Shown here one piece after another: positions 61,758-64,000 of a stretch of DNA of 64,000 nucleotides (position 1 is its first letter; each line of letters starts with the position of its first letter). Below the pieces are notes generated by a model. That model saw nothing but the letters and a program-made list of their open reading frames with translations. It was not told the DNA's origin and did no database searches. The position numbers were made by a program, and so were the translations under genes. Source of the DNA: a virus; the IMG/VR virus record IMGVR_UViG_3300045988_125846, positions 1 to 64,000 of that record. The stretch is one strand, 5' to 3'.

Positions 61758-62775
61758 CCTTAACCACCCTTTCGTTTACACTTGCAACAAACTCATTGAT
61801 TTTCTTGTAGTCTGGATTTTCAGGAAGATTAGTATTTTTCTTTGCATAATCCAATCTCTTCTCATAGTCATTTACCATTTCAAAGAACTCAGGAATTGGC
61901 TGATCGTTGCTGTCGAGATATTTACCATTACGAATATCCATAAGCAAATCATGTTCATCTTCTCTATATGTGATTATTCTCTCTTTCTCAAGAATATCTA
62001 AACACATCATATAAAGTCGAATAAGATGCATTGAATGTTTTGCAATTTTACCATGCTCAATAGCTTTCTCATTTCTTTTACCAATCTTTCCATACTGACG
62101 AACTGTGTTCTGAAGTTCATTCCACATAGAGCAATAATCTCTTAATGGATAATGAGTAAGGTTTACATCCATAAAAATCTCTGTGTCATATCCTTCCTGC
62201 ACAGCCTTATCAATATATAACTTCATTGAATCATCTGAATATGGTGTGTATTTCTTTGTAAAATCTGTCTGCATAAATTCAAGCGTCTTTAAAATGTGTT
62301 TCTCCAATTCTGACTGAGACATCTGATGTGCTGCTTTCTGGTTCAATCTATAGAGCTGCTGATTCGCATATCCTCCAAACGAATGACAAGCTCTCTTTGA
62401 TAAAAATAAATGTGCATTATCAATTAGTTCCTGACCAATAGATGATACATAAAAGTAATGTTCAGGTTTATTTCCAAGCATTTCTATTGTATTAGGATTC
62501 GTATTACTTAACAATGCTACTAACTTATTAAAGGCATAAATAGTTGTGTCTGTCTCATTGTTTACAAACTGCTCAAAATTCTCATTTGTGAGGATCTGCA
62601 TCTTGCTATTCAAAGCACAACCACGAATATCTAAATCACTGCCTTCATTGTTTGTTCCATATGCATGACTTCCACCAAGAGTTAAGATAATGATATTGTT
62701 ACCTAAATTCTTATCTGTTCTCAGGAAGTCATACTCTTTTGATTTTAATTTGTCCTTAATCTGTTCAATTGTCAT
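61747..62775 (-). CDS. RlaP-like Pol-beta-superfamily nucleotidyltransferase
   Basis: TLGGSHAYGTNNEGSDLDIRG (GS...D-x-D). ATG at 62775 lies 8 nt after GGAGG. Overlaps the cca start by 11 nt. Confidence 0.6.
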   Translation of the reverse strand: MTIEQIKDKLKSKEYDFLRTDKNLGNNIIILTLGGSHAYGTNNEGSDLDIRGCALNSKMQILTNENFEQFVNNETDTTIYAFNKLVALLSNTNPNTIEMLGNKPEHYFYVSSIGQELIDNAHLFLSKRACHSFGGYANQQLYRLNQKAAHQMSQSELEKHILKTLEFMQTDFTKKYTPYSDDSMKLYIDKAVQEGYDTEIFMDVNLTHYPLRDYCSMWNELQNTVRQYGKIGKRNEKAIEHGKIAKHSMHLIRLYMMCLDILEKERIITYREDEHDLLMDIRNGKYLDSNDQPIPEFFEMVNDYEKRLDYAKKNTNLPENPDYKKINEFVASVNERVVKGEI

Positions 62776-62795
62776 TGTCTTAACCTCCAAAATTT

Positions 62796-62818
62796 CGCAA
62801 GAAATGTGCGTTTCTTTC
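62796..62818 (-). repeat. intergenic IR element
   Basis: Plus strand: cgcaagaaatgtgcgtttctttc. Confidence 0.55.
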
Positions 62819-62833
62819 TAATGTAAAATATAT

Positions 62834-62877
62834 ACCATATATAGTATATATTGTTTATTTTTAATACTATATACGGT
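62834..62877 (-). promoter_or_regulatory. bipartite palindromic operator / promoter region (copy 4)
   Basis: ACCATATATAGT at 62834-62845 and ACTATATACGGT at 62866-62877, starts 32 nt apart. Preceded (in transcription order) by the hairpin at 62887-62916. Confidence 0.55.
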
Positions 62878-62886
62878 ATATTGATA

Positions 62887-62916
62887 GAGTCAGTAGGCTA
62901 TGACACCTACTAACTC
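62887..62916 (-). terminator. terminator-like hairpin after the TerD/PspA unit
   Basis: Minus strand GAGTTAGTAGG-TGTCATAG-CCTACTGACTC (11-bp stem including one G-U pair). The trailing U-tract is weak (TATCAATAT). Confidence 0.4.
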
Positions 62917-62921
62917 TTGAA

Positions 62922-63014
62922 TTATTTATTCTTCTTACGTTTTCCTACAATAAAACCTGCTCCAAAGCATACACCGAGACAGATTACGAAAACTCCAATG
63001 TTTAATACAATCAT
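62922..63014 (-). CDS. small membrane protein (30 aa)
   Basis: Hand-found ORF MIVLNIGVFVICLGVCFGAGFIVGKRKKNK. TAATG overlap with the upstream stop. Confidence 0.4.
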   Translation of the reverse strand: MIVLNIGVFVICLGVCFGAGFIVGKRKKNK

Positions 63015-63763
63015 TACTTATTACCTCTCTGTCTCTTCATATCATCAAGGATCTGGCGAGCATTGCGCTCTCTTTCAGAATTAGCAAGTCTTCTCTCATT
63101 AGCCTGTGCGCTAGAATCATATGCAATTCTACTTCCTTCTGCACGTTCTCTTGTCTTTCTTGCTCCTTCACGAACTCTTTCAAGCATTCTATCACTCTCA
63201 TTATTTGTATTAAGATTATCCATACTCTGATGAAGTTCGATAATCTGACTATCGGCTTCCATCTGAAAAAGAACCTGTTCCTTTTCCTCTTTAAGTTTCT
63301 GCAATTCTTCGGCTGCCTGATCACGAATGTCTTTTTGGTGAGCCTGTGCTTCTCTCATCTCTTCAATTGTATCTTTTAGTACATTAATCTTATTCTCCAA
63401 AGTAGACTTCTTCATTGCATACTGCATTGCTTCATTTTCTTTGTTTTCATCAAGACAAGCGTTAATCTGCTGTGTAACACGCATAATATCTTTATTTGCC
63501 TGATATAAGTCTTTTTCTGCTGTATCACGCTTTCCTGAAATTTCAGCATATGTAGCAGATGCCTTGTTATAAAAATCTTCCTTTTCTCTAATGGCTGCGT
63601 TATAATAATCTCTAGCACCTTCTGGTGTCTGTGCATCCTGACGCATTACTTCATCTGTTCTTCCTTTAAACTTTACTCGAAGCTGTTTACCAAAAGGAGT
63701 AAAGAAAAGAATCAGTGCAATTAATACAATCGCCACAATTATAATAAACATAAAATTTGTCAT
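63014..63763 (-). CDS. PspA/IM30-like coiled-coil protein with N-terminal TM helix
   Basis: N-terminal FMFIIIVAIVLIALILFF, then about 220 aa of PspA-like coiled coil (…AEKDLYQANKDIMRVTQQINACLDENKENEAMQYAMKKSTLENKINVLKDTIEEMREAQ…). Confidence 0.55.
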   Translation of the reverse strand: MTNFMFIIIVAIVLIALILFFTPFGKQLRVKFKGRTDEVMRQDAQTPEGARDYYNAAIREKEDFYNKASATYAEISGKRDTAEKDLYQANKDIMRVTQQINACLDENKENEAMQYAMKKSTLENKINVLKDTIEEMREAQAHQKDIRDQAAEELQKLKEEKEQVLFQMEADSQIIELHQSMDNLNTNNESDRMLERVREGARKTRERAEGSRIAYDSSAQANERRLANSERERNARQILDDMKRQRGNK

Positions 63764-63772
63764 ACAATCCTC

Positions 63773-64000
63773 CTACTCTGCATCAATTCCATACTGATTA
63801 CATAATGCCTTTAATCCACCATTATAGCCACTTCCTACAGCCTTAAACTTCCATTCGCCATTATGTTTATATATTTCAGATACGACTAACGCAGTCTCGG
63901 TAGAGAAGTCTTCACTTAAATCAAAACGAATAAGCTCCTCGCCTGTCTCTTCGTCTACTACACGCACATATGCATTTCCAACCATACCGAAGTTCTGAAG
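63773..64000 (-). CDS. TerD-domain protein (3' part; gene continues beyond the window edge)
   Basis: ...[64 protein letters not shown] is the C-terminal half of a TerD domain. The frame is open to position 64000. Confidence 0.75.
   Translation of the reverse strand, partial: LQNFGMVGNAYVRVVDEETGEELIRFDLSEDFSTETALVVSEIYKHNGEWKFKAVGSGYNGGLKALCNQYGIDAE

Noticed and set aside
3531-63636. Minus-strand alternative-frame ORFs nested in larger genes (3531-3812, 5130-5324, 19005-19250, 20643-20831, 26898-27086, 34779-34991, 35091-35387, 38239-38430, 39096-39299, 55860-56063, 63037-63324, 63412-63636).
   Set aside because: They overlap genes with clear domain signatures in another frame and have no signals of their own.

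Overview
The window is one continuous, A+T-rich block of a tailed-phage or prophage genome, and every credible gene lies on the minus strand. The host is probably an anaerobic, low-GC Firmicute, judged from NrdD/NrdG, GGAGG-type Shine-Dalgarno (SD) sites and frequent GTG/TTG starts. In transcription order, right to left:

- a TerD / PspA-like pair
- a tRNA-repair pair (RlaP-like nucleotidyltransferase and CCA-adding enzyme)
- a tightly coupled NAD+ salvage operon (PncA, HD-motif protein, PncB, NadD, an inserted homing-endonuclease gene, NadE)
- an anti-restriction island (three orphan DNA methyltransferases, a Lar-like protein, a YpsA/SLOG-like protein, a PAPS-reductase-like protein)
- many small unknown genes, many of them Cys-rich
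- a PurA/PurZ-family synthetase next to a vWA protein
- a Thg1-like gene with an in-frame TAG
- a complete replisome (SSB-like protein, AAA ATPase, DnaB-like helicase, Toprim primase, RecJ-like nuclease, DnaE-type polymerase, GIY-YIG homing endonuclease, RecD-like helicase, ATP-dependent ligase)
- nucleotide-metabolism genes (ThyX-like, guanylate-kinase-like, deoxyribosyltransferase-like, NrdD/NrdG, MazG, dUTPase)
- an excisionase-like gene and a tyrosine integrase at the left edge

I found no rRNA, tRNA, CRISPR array, structural gene or lysis gene. All plus-strand track ORFs look like antisense artefacts.

The non-coding sequence is unusually organised. It contains four copies of a bipartite palindromic operator (ACTATATATAGT-N19/20-ACTATATATAGT), about 19 copies of an intergenic inverted-repeat element, about 17 copies of a gene-boundary motif (AGAGAATA on the coding strand), and a leader shared by three non-homologous methyltransferase genes.

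My best candidates for new biology are the phage-borne four-step nicotinamide-to-NAD+ pathway, the two-ended tRNA repair set, and a possible PurZ/MazG/Gmk base-modification route. Coordinates I derived by hand may be off by 1-2 nt.
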